Assembly: GCA_965237675.1 (NCBI GenBank)
Contig: OZ250150.1
Location: 3,552,001-3,616,000, forward strand
DNA: 64,000 bases
Direction of reading: 5' to 3'
DNA from: Candidatus Latescibacterota bacterium
GTDB taxonomy: Bacteria > Latescibacterota > UBA2968 > GCA-2709665
Shown: one piece after another, positions 40,737-50,500 of the stretch
Layout: each line of letters begins with the position of its first letter
Position numbering within the stretch: position 1 is the stretch's first letter
Notes under the pieces: model-generated
Database searches by the model: none
The model's input: only the letters and a program-made list of their open reading frames with translations
What the model was told of the DNA's origin: nothing
Translations under genes and position numbers: made by a program

Positions 40737-41195
40737 ATGTCAGAGGCGAGCAGGCGACGTGGTCTCATTTCCTTACGGCAGGGTCTCCTCTTGATCTTTA
40801 TCCTCGGAAGTGTCGGACTGGGCGCCGAGTTGCTGCTGCTGGGGCACTTTCAGGAGTGGCGCCAACAGGTGCCCCTGGTGCTGCTGGCTTTGGGGTTGGT
40901 CGTGGTGGCGGCGCAGGTGCGTTACTACGGGGCGGTTGTCCTCCGGCTCTTCCGCCTGACCATGCTGGCTTTCGTCCTGGGCGGGATCGCAGGCCTCTGG
41001 TTCCATCTTGAATCCAACATGGATTACGAGCTGGCGTTGAATTCCCGGTTGACCGGATGGGATCTGCTGTCCACGGCTGCGCGCGGCGCCCTGCCCGCGT
41101 TGGCGCCCGGGGCGCTGATCCAACTGGGACTGATCGGCCTGGTTTACACGCTGCGCCGCCCGGATCCAGGCGGAGATGGGACAACTGAGCGATAG
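40737..41195 (+). CDS. Hypothetical 4-TM membrane protein
   Basis: Hydrophobic helices with ELLLLGH, WFH and PALAPG; GAGG RBS. Confidence 0.7.
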   Translation: MSEASRRRGLISLRQGLLLIFILGSVGLGAELLLLGHFQEWRQQVPLVLLALGLVVVAAQVRYYGAVVLRLFRLTMLAFVLGGIAGLWFHLESNMDYELALNSRLTGWDLLSTAARGALPALAPGALIQLGLIGLVYTLRRPDPGGDGTTER

Positions 41196-41243
41196 TGGAT
41201 GCGGCACGGCTCCTGGTCACCGGCCGCATCCACCGCTACAGCC

Positions 41244-43340
41244 TTACCCGTCACGAAGGCATCCGTTGACTTTGTGATTCGGATCGTCAGGCAAACCCGC
41301 GTGGTCGAGATTCGCGTCGGCGCCGCCGGAAAGCGACTTGATAGTCCCCTTGTGCCGATAGACCTGATTTGGCCTGAACGATATTCCGTTTCTGTCTCGA
41401 TCGCGTCTGTTGACTGTGTACTCAAAGACGAGCCCTTCCGTGCCTGATCCGGACTTGTAGCCGGCATTCTCCCATATTGGATTGTCAAGTCTGAAAGACA
41501 CGAATGGCTTTCCCGTTACCTCGACGGGCATGTCGAAGACCACCTCGATCCTTATGATCTCACAACGGCCATAGGTAGATCCGCTCGCGGGGCTAGAAGT
41601 TATCCGGAGGCGTTCGATGACTGGTATCGGTTCCTCGAGGACCACTTCTGCTGTAGCTGGCATCGCCTGAGTCACGTTTGTGGGTAGGTGGCCGAAATTC
41701 AGTCGGATGGTCTTTTCCGTGCCTTCATTCTGTTCGTTATCTTGCATGGCCATCAGCGTGAAGGTCTGCATACTCTCGTTCGGTCCGAAGGTGAGACTCG
41801 AAGGGACTCCGGAGTAGTCTTCGGGTCCGGCGCCCCCTTCCTCTTCCGCGGAAATGGGGACCGTGATCGGCAACGTACCTGCCGCTGGATCCAGATGGAC
41901 CGCAACCTCGACCCCCGATGGATCGCCCTCGACCGCGGCGTAACGCGATGCGCCAAAGGAAACGGTGCGTTTAACCTTCTCCGCCGCAACGGTCGACGAC
42001 CAGACTCCGGTACCTTCACTGTTGTTGGCTCGAACCTGGATTTCATACGCGTCTTCCGTCATCCCGTCTAGCGTGACCGTGGTTTCCGTCAGATCCGTAA
42101 CTTCGGTCCACGCGAAGGCCCCGGCAGCGCGGTAGCGATAGTCGTAGTCAGTCACCTCGAAGCCTGCTGGAAACGCCATCAGGGCGTTGTTTTCAATGAA
42201 GCCTCCGGGCGTTGCCCACGCCAGGTCAATGGCCGTGTCGTCCGCCTCTCGAAATTGAGCGGCAATGTCTCCCGGAGGCGCCGGGACCCCAACGTCCTTG
42301 ACCCGGATGGTCAGGTCGAGCGCCGAACCGCTGCACCCTGTCGGCGTCCCTTCGTTGTTCAGATGATGGATGTTGTGTGTGTTCACGACCCGAATTTGGT
42401 ACTCGTTATCGACGTTGCTGTCGACTGGCGTCTCGTAGTCCGGCGCGGACTTGAATGCCAGGGAAACCGTTCCCGACGTCGCTCTCTCTTCAGAGCTGAG
42501 GGAAAACCGGGCATTGTCGTCGCCACCCTCCGGCAGGGTGTATTCATTGTAGACAGTTACGATCTCGCATCGAATTCTGGGCGGCGACCAGTCGAACCCC
42601 CACTCCCGATGGGCGGACGTAACGGCCGTCCACCGGGGCAAATCCTCGCTCGCGGGAATCGTGGTCCCTTCGTACATCTCGATTGGAGCCGGGATCTCCC
42701 AGCGCTGGTCCGTGACGTATTCTGCCGGATCCGAAAACTGGGCAGAACCGTCGTAAACCAGGTGCAGGTTGAAGACCTGAGGACCGCTTTCAGCATCTCC
42801 ATCGCTTGCGTAGATCGCAGACGGCAACGTAGGGATGTTGGCGACTTCACCGTAGACAGCGGTAAACTGGCCTGGGGTTACTTCCCCGTTTCCGTGGATA
42901 GCGAAGCTGTTGCCTTCCCGCGCGATGCGCAACCAGACATCTTCGGGGCGCTGAATGCCGGAGATACCCGGCACCGCGAACGCAAACCGGTAGGAGATGT
43001 TGTCTCCGTCCGGGTCGGTTGCCGGCTCACCTCCGAACCGTAGCAGAGCAGACGGGCCCCTGGGGATCAGGAGGGTCAGTCCGACTCCTCCTATTGAGCC
43101 ATTGAAAATTGGCGGGTGGTTGGTTCCGTGGTTCCTGGCTGTCGTTTTGGAGGCTGTACTGAAAACCGCGGGCTTGGAAAGCGCCCCGTTCAACCGGACA
43201 CCGGTCGAAATATACCTGGATTGTAACTTCCCGGTTGACCCAGGTGACGTTTCTGCCGGTGCGGTGGGAAGCGGGGTGCTGTTGCCAGCGCAGCCCCACA
43301 GGCCAACGCTGAGCGCGAGTAGTGCTGGACGAATCGACAT
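41244..43340 (-). CDS. Surface lipoprotein with cadherin-like, fibronectin III and Calx-beta-like domains
   Basis: Lipobox LWGC; FKSAPDYETP..DNEY (cadherin-like); W..P..YDYRYR..YEIQVRA.N.EG.G.WS (FN3); VSFGASRYAAVEG..DY (Calx-beta-like). Confidence 0.78.
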   Translation of the reverse strand: MSIRPALLALSVGLWGCAGNSTPLPTAPAETSPGSTGKLQSRYISTGVRLNGALSKPAVFSTASKTTARNHGTNHPPIFNGSIGGVGLTLLIPRGPSALLRFGGEPATDPDGDNISYRFAFAVPGISGIQRPEDVWLRIAREGNSFAIHGNGEVTPGQFTAVYGEVANIPTLPSAIYASDGDAESGPQVFNLHLVYDGSAQFSDPAEYVTDQRWEIPAPIEMYEGTTIPASEDLPRWTAVTSAHREWGFDWSPPRIRCEIVTVYNEYTLPEGGDDNARFSLSSEERATSGTVSLAFKSAPDYETPVDSNVDNEYQIRVVNTHNIHHLNNEGTPTGCSGSALDLTIRVKDVGVPAPPGDIAAQFREADDTAIDLAWATPGGFIENNALMAFPAGFEVTDYDYRYRAAGAFAWTEVTDLTETTVTLDGMTEDAYEIQVRANNSEGTGVWSSTVAAEKVKRTVSFGASRYAAVEGDPSGVEVAVHLDPAAGTLPITVPISAEEEGGAGPEDYSGVPSSLTFGPNESMQTFTLMAMQDNEQNEGTEKTIRLNFGHLPTNVTQAMPATAEVVLEEPIPVIERLRITSSPASGSTYGRCEIIRIEVVFDMPVEVTGKPFVSFRLDNPIWENAGYKSGSGTEGLVFEYTVNRRDRDRNGISFRPNQVYRHKGTIKSLSGGADANLDHAGLPDDPNHKVNGCLRDG

Positions 43341-43582
43341 GACGTGCCCTCCTTTTGGTTGTTTCGGGTCTGCACGTTTCGATTCCGTCCCGCGACGCCA
43401 GGGAATAGTCGGCCGATGCTATCCTGCCCGAGGTGGCGGGTGCGGGTTACTGAACAACGTGCGTAAGCATTAAGTCCTCCTTTAGTGAGAGATAAGCCAT
43501 CCTGTATAACGATTCATCTAACCCGCTGTTCCAGGAAATTTTCAAATTTTTTTCCGCCCTTCGATTAGAGATGCTCGTCGTC

Positions 43583-43611
43583 TTGACAGAGGTTTCACAA
43601 ACACCTATGTT
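43583..43611 (+). promoter_or_regulatory. Sigma70-like promoter
   Basis: TTGACA-17 bp-TATGTT upstream of ATG 43672. Confidence 0.5.
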
Positions 43612-43671
43612 TTTGGCGGCGCACGAAGGAGTCGTGTCCGTCTCGTTGGCAACGTAATTCGCAAGGCAGCC

Positions 43672-44994
43672 ATGCCATTCGCTACCGATACCCCGCTACC
43701 GCGCGCGCGGCGCGTGGAAGTGATCCCGATCGACCAGGAAGGCGAGCGGGCGTTCTACATGCGCGATCCGTTGGCGTTCGCGCCGCAGCCGCTGTTGCTC
43801 GGAACGGCCGGGATGCTCGTTCTATCCCATCTGGATGGCCGGCACACCATCGATCAGATACACGACGCGCTGCGAAAGTGGCTACCAGGCGGTGACGTGG
43901 GCGTCGGCGAGATCCGCCATGTGCTGAGCAGATTGAGCGAGGGTTGCTACCTGGATGACCACGTGGCTGCGGCGCGGATCGCCCGGGTATGCGAGGAATT
44001 CGAAAATTCAGACGTGCGACCGGCATGGCACGCCGGCAACGCCTACCCTCAGGATCCTGGGGAACTCGCGGTGATGCTCGACAGCTTTTTTGCCGCCGCT
44101 TCATCCGCGAAGGCGCAGGATGGAGGTGCGCACGAGGACCCGACGGCGCAGCTTGCCGCCATCATGTGTCCGCACATCGATCTGCGCGCAGGCGGGGAGA
44201 CCTACCCGCCAGCCTTCACGGCGCTGTCCTCGGCCGCCGGTGGCTCAACACCGTTCGAGCTCTATGTCATTCTCGGCGTGGCGCACAACGGCGGCACGGA
44301 ACCGGGAAAGAGCTTCGCCGTCGCGACCGGCAAACACTACGAAACCCCGTTTGGGCAGGTGCCTACGGACGCTCGGGTGGTCGAGGATTGGTCACGCCGA
44401 GCGGGGCGAGACATCACCCAGCAGCAGTGGCTGCACCGCACCGAGCACTCGGTTGAGTTCCCTTTACTGTTTCTTCAGTACATCCATGCGCGGGCGGAAC
44501 TGCCGCCGTACGAGGTGGTACCTGTCCTGCTCGGTAGCGTCGATCATTGCCTGCGCGAAGGACGGGATCCCTTGCAGGCCCCCGAGATCGCTACCGAACT
44601 TGCGGCGCTGCGGGCTGCGGTATCTGCCAGCGGCAAACGTGCCCTCTACGTGCTCAGCGTGGACCTGGCTCATATCGGACCCAGGTTCGGCCATCCTGAG
44701 CGGGTCGATGATGCCGGGGCGGCCGCGTGTGAGTTGGCAGACCGTGACCTGCTGGGTTACGCGCAACGATTCGATGCGGAGGGTTTCCGCCGTGCGTTGC
44801 AGGCAGACGGAAACAACCGGAACGTGGACGCCGTCTCCGGCCTGTTCTCGCTCCACGCGCTTCTGGCCGGCGCCGAACGCCACGGTGACCTGCTCAGCTA
44901 CGGTCAGAATCGGCAGGAGGATTCCGGTTCGCTGGTCAGCTATGCGAGCATGGCCTTCTATCAGACGCCGCCAACACCACCGCGGCGCGCGTGA
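43672..44994 (+). CDS. MEMO1-family protein (AmmeMemoRadiSam protein B) with N-terminal extension
   Basis: RPAWHAG.AYP, PHID, LGVAH, ETPFG, EHSVE, SVDLAHIGPRFG and VSYAS. Confidence 0.85.
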   Translation: MPFATDTPLPRARRVEVIPIDQEGERAFYMRDPLAFAPQPLLLGTAGMLVLSHLDGRHTIDQIHDALRKWLPGGDVGVGEIRHVLSRLSEGCYLDDHVAAARIARVCEEFENSDVRPAWHAGNAYPQDPGELAVMLDSFFAAASSAKAQDGGAHEDPTAQLAAIMCPHIDLRAGGETYPPAFTALSSAAGGSTPFELYVILGVAHNGGTEPGKSFAVATGKHYETPFGQVPTDARVVEDWSRRAGRDITQQQWLHRTEHSVEFPLLFLQYIHARAELPPYEVVPVLLGSVDHCLREGRDPLQAPEIATELAALRAAVSASGKRALYVLSVDLAHIGPRFGHPERVDDAGAAACELADRDLLGYAQRFDAEGFRRALQADGNNRNVDAVSGLFSLHALLAGAERHGDLLSYGQNRQEDSGSLVSYASMAFYQTPPTPPRRA

Positions 44995-45117
44995 ACCGGC
45001 GGATTCTCCAGCGTACCGATGTCTTTCGGCCACTCCTTTTTTGTCTCTCGCGAACGTCTCCATCGCGCGTTATATTGTATACGTGCTCCGTGAGTTGCAA
45101 TCTTCCAGGAGGTCGTT

Positions 45118-45963
45118 ATGCCCCAGAGGTGGTTACGTGTCGCCGCGGTTCAAATGAACGCCGACGAGGACATCGAAGGAAATGCGCGCAGGGTCGTCGA
45201 CCGGCTGAATACCTGCGCCCGCGAGGACGTGGACGTGGCTTCGTTTCACGAAGGGGTCCTGCACGGCTATTCCGACCGCCCCGAATTCTGGTCGAGCCTG
45301 GATCAAACCCGCATCGAAGAAGCGGAGCGGCAGATCATTCGGGCCTGCCGTGAAAAAAGCATCGCGGCTGTCGTCGGCTCGACCCATCTGGACGGCGGGC
45401 GCCGCTTTAACAGCTTGCTCATTGTGGACAGAGACGGCACGGTGCCGGGACGCTACGGCAAGATCCATCTTGCGGGTGAGCGCTGGTGTGAGCCCGCACA
45501 GCACCTGCCCATTTACAGGCTGTGCGGCGTACCCTCCTGTTTCTTGATCTGTCACGATATTCGTTACCCCGAACTGGTGCGGCTGCCCGCAGCGGCCGGC
45601 GCCATGATTTGCTTTTTCTCCAGTTGTGAGAGTTCGGTCACATCGGAGCATAAATTGTCGGCCTATCGGGCCATGCCCATCAGCCGCGCGACCGAGAATG
45701 GCATTTACGTGGTGATGGCCAATGCGCCCGCCGATCCGTCCAATATCGACCGCGCGGGGTCATCGCATGGAGAATCGAAGATCATTCATCCGGATGGCAA
45801 TGTAATGGCGGAAGCCGGTATGTTTTCGGACGAGATTGTCATTCGCAGGCTGGACCTCCTTCAAGCATCGCGAAATATCGCAATGCGGGCCGTAAATGAT
45901 GTCACCTGCATCAGCGATTGGATGAAGGATGGGTTGAGGCTTGTAGACGGAGGAATCGCGTGA
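45118..45963 (+). CDS. Carbon-nitrogen hydrolase (nitrilase superfamily)
   Basis: E-K-C triad: FHEG, YGKIHL, ICHD; also SRATEN. Confidence 0.88.
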   Translation: MPQRWLRVAAVQMNADEDIEGNARRVVDRLNTCAREDVDVASFHEGVLHGYSDRPEFWSSLDQTRIEEAERQIIRACREKSIAAVVGSTHLDGGRRFNSLLIVDRDGTVPGRYGKIHLAGERWCEPAQHLPIYRLCGVPSCFLICHDIRYPELVRLPAAAGAMICFFSSCESSVTSEHKLSAYRAMPISRATENGIYVVMANAPADPSNIDRAGSSHGESKIIHPDGNVMAEAGMFSDEIVIRRLDLLQASRNIAMRAVNDVTCISDWMKDGLRLVDGGIA

Positions 45964-45994
45964 CTTATATCTTCAGTCCGCAGAAGGAGTATGC

Positions 45995-47452
45995 ATGAGA
46001 GGATCCCGGCCGAACATCCTGTGGATTTGCACGGACCAGCAGCGCTACGATACCATTGGCGCGTTGGGGAACACCCACGTCGACACGCCTAATATCGATC
46101 GCCTTGTCGCCGAGGGATTCGCATTTACGCACGCGTATTGTCAGAGTCCGATTTGCACACCCAGCCGGGCGAGTTTTCTGACTGGACAATACCCGAGTGC
46201 CGTGCATGTGAACGGAAATGGCAATTCGCACTTTCCGGATGCGCCGCCCCTGGTCACGAAGATGCTGGCTGACAGTGGCTACGATTGCGGGTTGATTGGC
46301 AAGTTGCATCTGTCCAGCGCATTCGGGCGTGTCGAGGCGCGGGTTGATGACGGGTACCGGTACTGGCAATATAGCCACGCGCCACGGGACGATTGGGAGA
46401 CCGGTCACGACTATGCCGACTGGGTACGATCGCAGGGCGAGGTATTGGGCGAATTGATCAAGAGTCCCGATGGCGTGCCGGCGGAATTGCATCAGACCAC
46501 GTGGTGCGCTGAGAAAACCATCGATTTTTTGAGCGAACAACGTGATGGCCCCTGGTTGGCTTCTGTGAATATCTACGACCCGCATCCGCCATTCAATCCG
46601 CCCAGGACGTACCGCGATTTGTTTGATCCGGAACTGGTGAACGGGCCGCTGTTCAGAGAAAGTGATCTGGCGCAGCAGGAGAAACTGGAAGCCATCGACT
46701 TTCAATCCAAAGGACGGCATCCCCGTGAATTAGACATCAAGAGCCCGGTGATACCCTGGACGCAGACCCACGGATTGCGGGAGCCCGAAACAGCGGGAAA
46801 GCGCGACGCCAGGACGCTGATCGCCGCGTATTATGCCATGATCAAATTGATCGACGATCAACTCGGCCGGATCATTGCAGCGCTGGAAGACACCGGACAG
46901 CGTGACAATACACTGGTGATCTTTACGAGCGACCACGGGGAAACGTTGGGCGACCACGGATTGATTCAGAAGGGATGCCGCTTTTACGAAGGGCTGGTGC
47001 GGGTACCGCTGATTTTTTCTTGGCCGGGTCGGATAAAATCGGGGAACAGAAGCGATGCGCTCGTTGAATTGCGCGACATCGCCCCGCTCCTTTTGGAATT
47101 GGCGGGGTTACCGGTTCCCGAGCGGATGCAGTCGTGTTTTTTGTTGCCCATGCTCAGCGGCGAGAAACCAGCGGGCGAACATCGCGAATTCGTGCGGTGT
47201 GAATTTTACGATGCGCTGGATCAGGCCGACGGGACGTTTGCCACGATGTATCGCAACCGACGATACAAACTCGTGGTCTACCACGGGCACGGGCTGGGCG
47301 AACTCTACGACCTCGAGGAGGATCCAGGAGAGTTTGACAATCTGTGGGACAGCCCCGAACATGCGGACGTGAAACTCGACCTCATGCAACGCAGTTTCGA
47401 CGCGTCGATGCTCGCAATGGACAGAGGTCCCGAACGCATCGGGCCGATGTAG
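45995..47452 (+). CDS. Formylglycine-dependent sulfatase
   Basis: PNILWICTDQQR, CTPSRASFLTG, GKLH and FTSDHGE. Confidence 0.93.
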   Translation: MRGSRPNILWICTDQQRYDTIGALGNTHVDTPNIDRLVAEGFAFTHAYCQSPICTPSRASFLTGQYPSAVHVNGNGNSHFPDAPPLVTKMLADSGYDCGLIGKLHLSSAFGRVEARVDDGYRYWQYSHAPRDDWETGHDYADWVRSQGEVLGELIKSPDGVPAELHQTTWCAEKTIDFLSEQRDGPWLASVNIYDPHPPFNPPRTYRDLFDPELVNGPLFRESDLAQQEKLEAIDFQSKGRHPRELDIKSPVIPWTQTHGLREPETAGKRDARTLIAAYYAMIKLIDDQLGRIIAALEDTGQRDNTLVIFTSDHGETLGDHGLIQKGCRFYEGLVRVPLIFSWPGRIKSGNRSDALVELRDIAPLLLELAGLPVPERMQSCFLLPMLSGEKPAGEHREFVRCEFYDALDQADGTFATMYRNRRYKLVVYHGHGLGELYDLEEDPGEFDNLWDSPEHADVKLDLMQRSFDASMLAMDRGPERIGPM

Positions 47453-47607
47453 GGAACGTCATGCAGTTTTGGTGATTTACAACGTACTCGGCGAGCGGGT
47501 GTGTCCGTTGGTGAATTTTGCCGAAATGCACGTGACACGAACAAGGACTTGTTCCAGATACCAGTGCTTACGCAAGCATGCAACTACCATAAACTTCAGA
47601 AGGAACA

Positions 47608-48384
47608 ATGGGAAACCCAGTAGTCCACTTTGAAATCGCAGGCCCCGATGGCCCTGCCTTGCAGCAGTTCTACCGAGATCTCTTCGGCTGGGAAGTGCGG
47701 ACGCTGGGCGAGGAGATGGGCAACTACGGTTTGGTGCAGACCAACGAAGGCGGCATCGGCGGCGGTATCCTGGAAGCCACCGAGGACATGCCTTTCAGGA
47801 GCTATGTGACTTTCTACATTCAGGTAGATGACCTCCAGGCAGCTCTGGACAAGCTGCCCGGGCTGGGCGGAGCTACGGTGATGCAGCCGATGGAGATTGC
47901 GCCCGGCATGGGCTCCATTGCCACGTTCACAGACCCCGCCCACAACACCATTGGACTGTACTCCCTGCCTGCCGAATGGGACGGCGAGATGCCGCCAGAG
48001 GGCAACGCCCCACCCGTCGTGCATTTCGAGGTCGGCGGAAGCGACGCAGAAGCGCTTAATGATTTCTACGCCGAAATGTTCGGTTGGCAGACCACCCTCA
48101 TGGACGGATTGAACTACCGGCTCGTAAAGCAAGAGCCAGCAGGCATCGGCGGCGGCATTTTCCAGGACATGGATGGTATGCCGCCCAACGCCCCTTCGGT
48201 TGCTGTTATGGTTGACGACTTGCAAGCCTATCTCGAAAAGGCGGTTGGCCTTGGCACAACGGCCCTGATGCAGCCCAATGAGATTCCCGGTGGCTTCGGC
48301 TCGCTCGCGATCTTTAACGACATCGCAGGCAACCAAATTTCCCTCTTCAAACCACCCGAGAATCATACTCATCCGCAAACCTGA
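47608..48384 (+). CDS. Tandem VOC/glyoxalase protein
   Basis: Duplicated PVVHFE...FY..LFGW...GIGGGI...D..N.I.L modules. Confidence 0.88.
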   Translation: MGNPVVHFEIAGPDGPALQQFYRDLFGWEVRTLGEEMGNYGLVQTNEGGIGGGILEATEDMPFRSYVTFYIQVDDLQAALDKLPGLGGATVMQPMEIAPGMGSIATFTDPAHNTIGLYSLPAEWDGEMPPEGNAPPVVHFEVGGSDAEALNDFYAEMFGWQTTLMDGLNYRLVKQEPAGIGGGIFQDMDGMPPNAPSVAVMVDDLQAYLEKAVGLGTTALMQPNEIPGGFGSLAIFNDIAGNQISLFKPPENHTHPQT

Positions 48385-48539
48385 CAATTCACCGGTAACT
48401 TCGGCATGCGCAGGCCCTGCGTAATGACGGTGCGCGTTGAAACGGAAACTCACTCGTTGCAAACCCGAGCCGATCATATATACCCGCTAGCGCATGACCG
48501 CGAGTCGTCGACTCAGATCGAATGACTACGGAGACAGAT

Positions 48540-49562
48540 ATGGCAATTGACCTACGCAGGATCGTGGCGGAACTGAACAGCCTGTCCGCAGATTATCGAG
48601 TAGGGACCCTTCAACAGCTTCGCCTGAAGATTCAATGCAAGTCGGGAAGTCGGAGAGGTATGCGCATGCAGGTTCCTAATAATAGCGACGGGTACGCATT
48701 TCATTGGGGAGGACGCACAGAACTTCAGTTCAATTTGGGTATAGAAGGTCAAGGAATCCGATACGGGGTTGCTTTTTCCTTTGAGCCGAGCTCATCCTAT
48801 TCTGTAGATGACCTACATCGATTCCTCGATCCAAAGATCGAACGTTTCAACGAATACCTCGGGTGGAACCCAGATGAATATCCGACGATGAAAATGTGGC
48901 ATTGGGCTAACGATGAGAGATCCCAGGAATATAGACCCGGTCCAATTAGGATGAATCTCTATGAGCCAGACCTATTCATATTTCTGGGACGAATCAGTAA
49001 TCCGGACAATTGGAATCCACATGAAGTGCTGAAAACCTTCGATGAACTTCTGCCGCTTTATGTACATGTTGAAGGCGATGGCTCGTCTTCTCTCAAGCCT
49101 CGCAGCTGCAGAGAGGATGGTTTCTCCTTCAAGCCCGGCTGTACGATCAAGCCGAGCCGGGCTATCGCGAAACTATATCCGGGTATCTCTAACATCCGTC
49201 TACGCCACAACGATATGCAGTTCACACTTCACGCCAAACTGGCATCGAAACATGGCAAGGACAACGTAGGCACGGAGAATCCCAGTGGTAATGGTCTACC
49301 CATTGACGTCGTCGTTAAAGGCGAAGACGACTCCTATAGTTTCTACGAAATCAAGACCTCACACGCCCCGCGTATTTGCATCCGCGAAGCCATCGGACAA
49401 TTACTTGAATATGCGTATTGGAACGGTTGCGGCCCTGAGGTTAAACATCTGGTAATCGTCGGTCCGAATCCGATGGACGATGAGGCCGAGAAGTATCTAT
49501 CCGAGCTGAAAGAGAGATTTAGTCTGCCCATTAGATACGACCATCACCCTCTTTCCGATTGA
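48540..49562 (+). CDS. Putative PD-(D/E)XK restriction-endonuclease-like protein
   Basis: C-terminal IDVV..YEIKT...IREAIGQLLEY; first gene of the defence cluster; start 48522 or 48540. Confidence 0.7.
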   Translation: MAIDLRRIVAELNSLSADYRVGTLQQLRLKIQCKSGSRRGMRMQVPNNSDGYAFHWGGRTELQFNLGIEGQGIRYGVAFSFEPSSSYSVDDLHRFLDPKIERFNEYLGWNPDEYPTMKMWHWANDERSQEYRPGPIRMNLYEPDLFIFLGRISNPDNWNPHEVLKTFDELLPLYVHVEGDGSSSLKPRSCREDGFSFKPGCTIKPSRAIAKLYPGISNIRLRHNDMQFTLHAKLASKHGKDNVGTENPSGNGLPIDVVVKGEDDSYSFYEIKTSHAPRICIREAIGQLLEYAYWNGCGPEVKHLVIVGPNPMDDEAEKYLSELKERFSLPIRYDHHPLSD

Positions 49563-49810
49563 TTTTAAGCTGCTTTTTGTTTCTCTCGTTTCCGTATAAA
49601 ACATCTCCGTGATGGGCACCCCCACGTCAAAACCATTCTACAGAGGATGTGGCTGGATGGGAGATTTCTTTCCACCAAACCTCCTCTGTGAAGTAATCAG
49701 CTGTGGGTAGCCGGTTTTCAAGTGGATGGTGAGGGCGTTTACCGCCTTCGAGTGCGAGGCACCCGAGTAATCACGGTGCCAATTCTTCGACATATTTATC
49801 GGACTGGTTA

Positions 49811-50500
49811 GTGACACCACCTGACCCACATTACCACGGTCATCGGAAGCGCCTTCGCGAACGATTCGTCAAAAGCGGTTTCGAAGGATTCGCCGAACAC
49901 GAGCGCATTGAATTGTTGATGACTTTGGCGATTCCGCGCTCCGACGTGAAACGGCAGGCAAAGGCACTTCTCGAGCAATTTGGTAGCTTGCGAGGCGTCC
50001 TTGACGCCCCACTGGCCGAGCTGCAGTCAGTGGAAGGCATCGGCGAGGTCGCCGCGATCTCACTTAAGGTTATACGCGAAGCGGCGACACTCTACCTGCT
50101 TGAGACGTCGGAGGAAGCACTGGTTCTCAATGAACCCGAAAAGCTAAGCGATTTCTGGCGGATGCGGATCGGCCATCTCAAACACGAAGTGTTTGCGGTT
50201 GCGTACCTGGATTCTGCGCATCGGTTGCTGAACGACGGCGTCGAAATCCTCCAGGAGGGCACAATTGATAGGGCTGCGGTGTATCCGCGGCGCGTTGTGG
50301 AGGCCGCGCTCCAGCGCCAGGCCGCGGCGCTGGTGCTTGCGCACAACCATCCGAACGGCAACGTCGCGCCGAGCGAACAGGACAAGACGGTCACGCGGGC
50401 AATCACATTGGCTGCCGAAACCATCAGCCTTCGTGTCGTCGACCACCTGATCGTGTCCGCCGCCGACACATACAGCTTCAGGAAGGAGGGGCTGTTGTGA
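49811..50500 (+). CDS. radC: RadC/UPF0758 JAB-domain protein
   Basis: GHRKRLRERF, HhH VEGIGE, E..GTIDRAAVYPR and HNHPNG..PS..D..DHLIV. Confidence 0.93.
   Translation: MTPPDPHYHGHRKRLRERFVKSGFEGFAEHERIELLMTLAIPRSDVKRQAKALLEQFGSLRGVLDAPLAELQSVEGIGEVAAISLKVIREAATLYLLETSEEALVLNEPEKLSDFWRMRIGHLKHEVFAVAYLDSAHRLLNDGVEILQEGTIDRAAVYPRRVVEAALQRQAAALVLAHNHPNGNVAPSEQDKTVTRAITLAAETISLRVVDHLIVSAADTYSFRKEGLL

Noticed and set aside
39547-40737. 396-aa minus-strand ORF
   Set aside because: Antisense shadow of the methyltransferase, running into REP repeats.
48385-48521. tRNA/att site or integrase at the defence-island boundary
   Set aside because: No tRNA fold, integrase or matching repeat found by eye.
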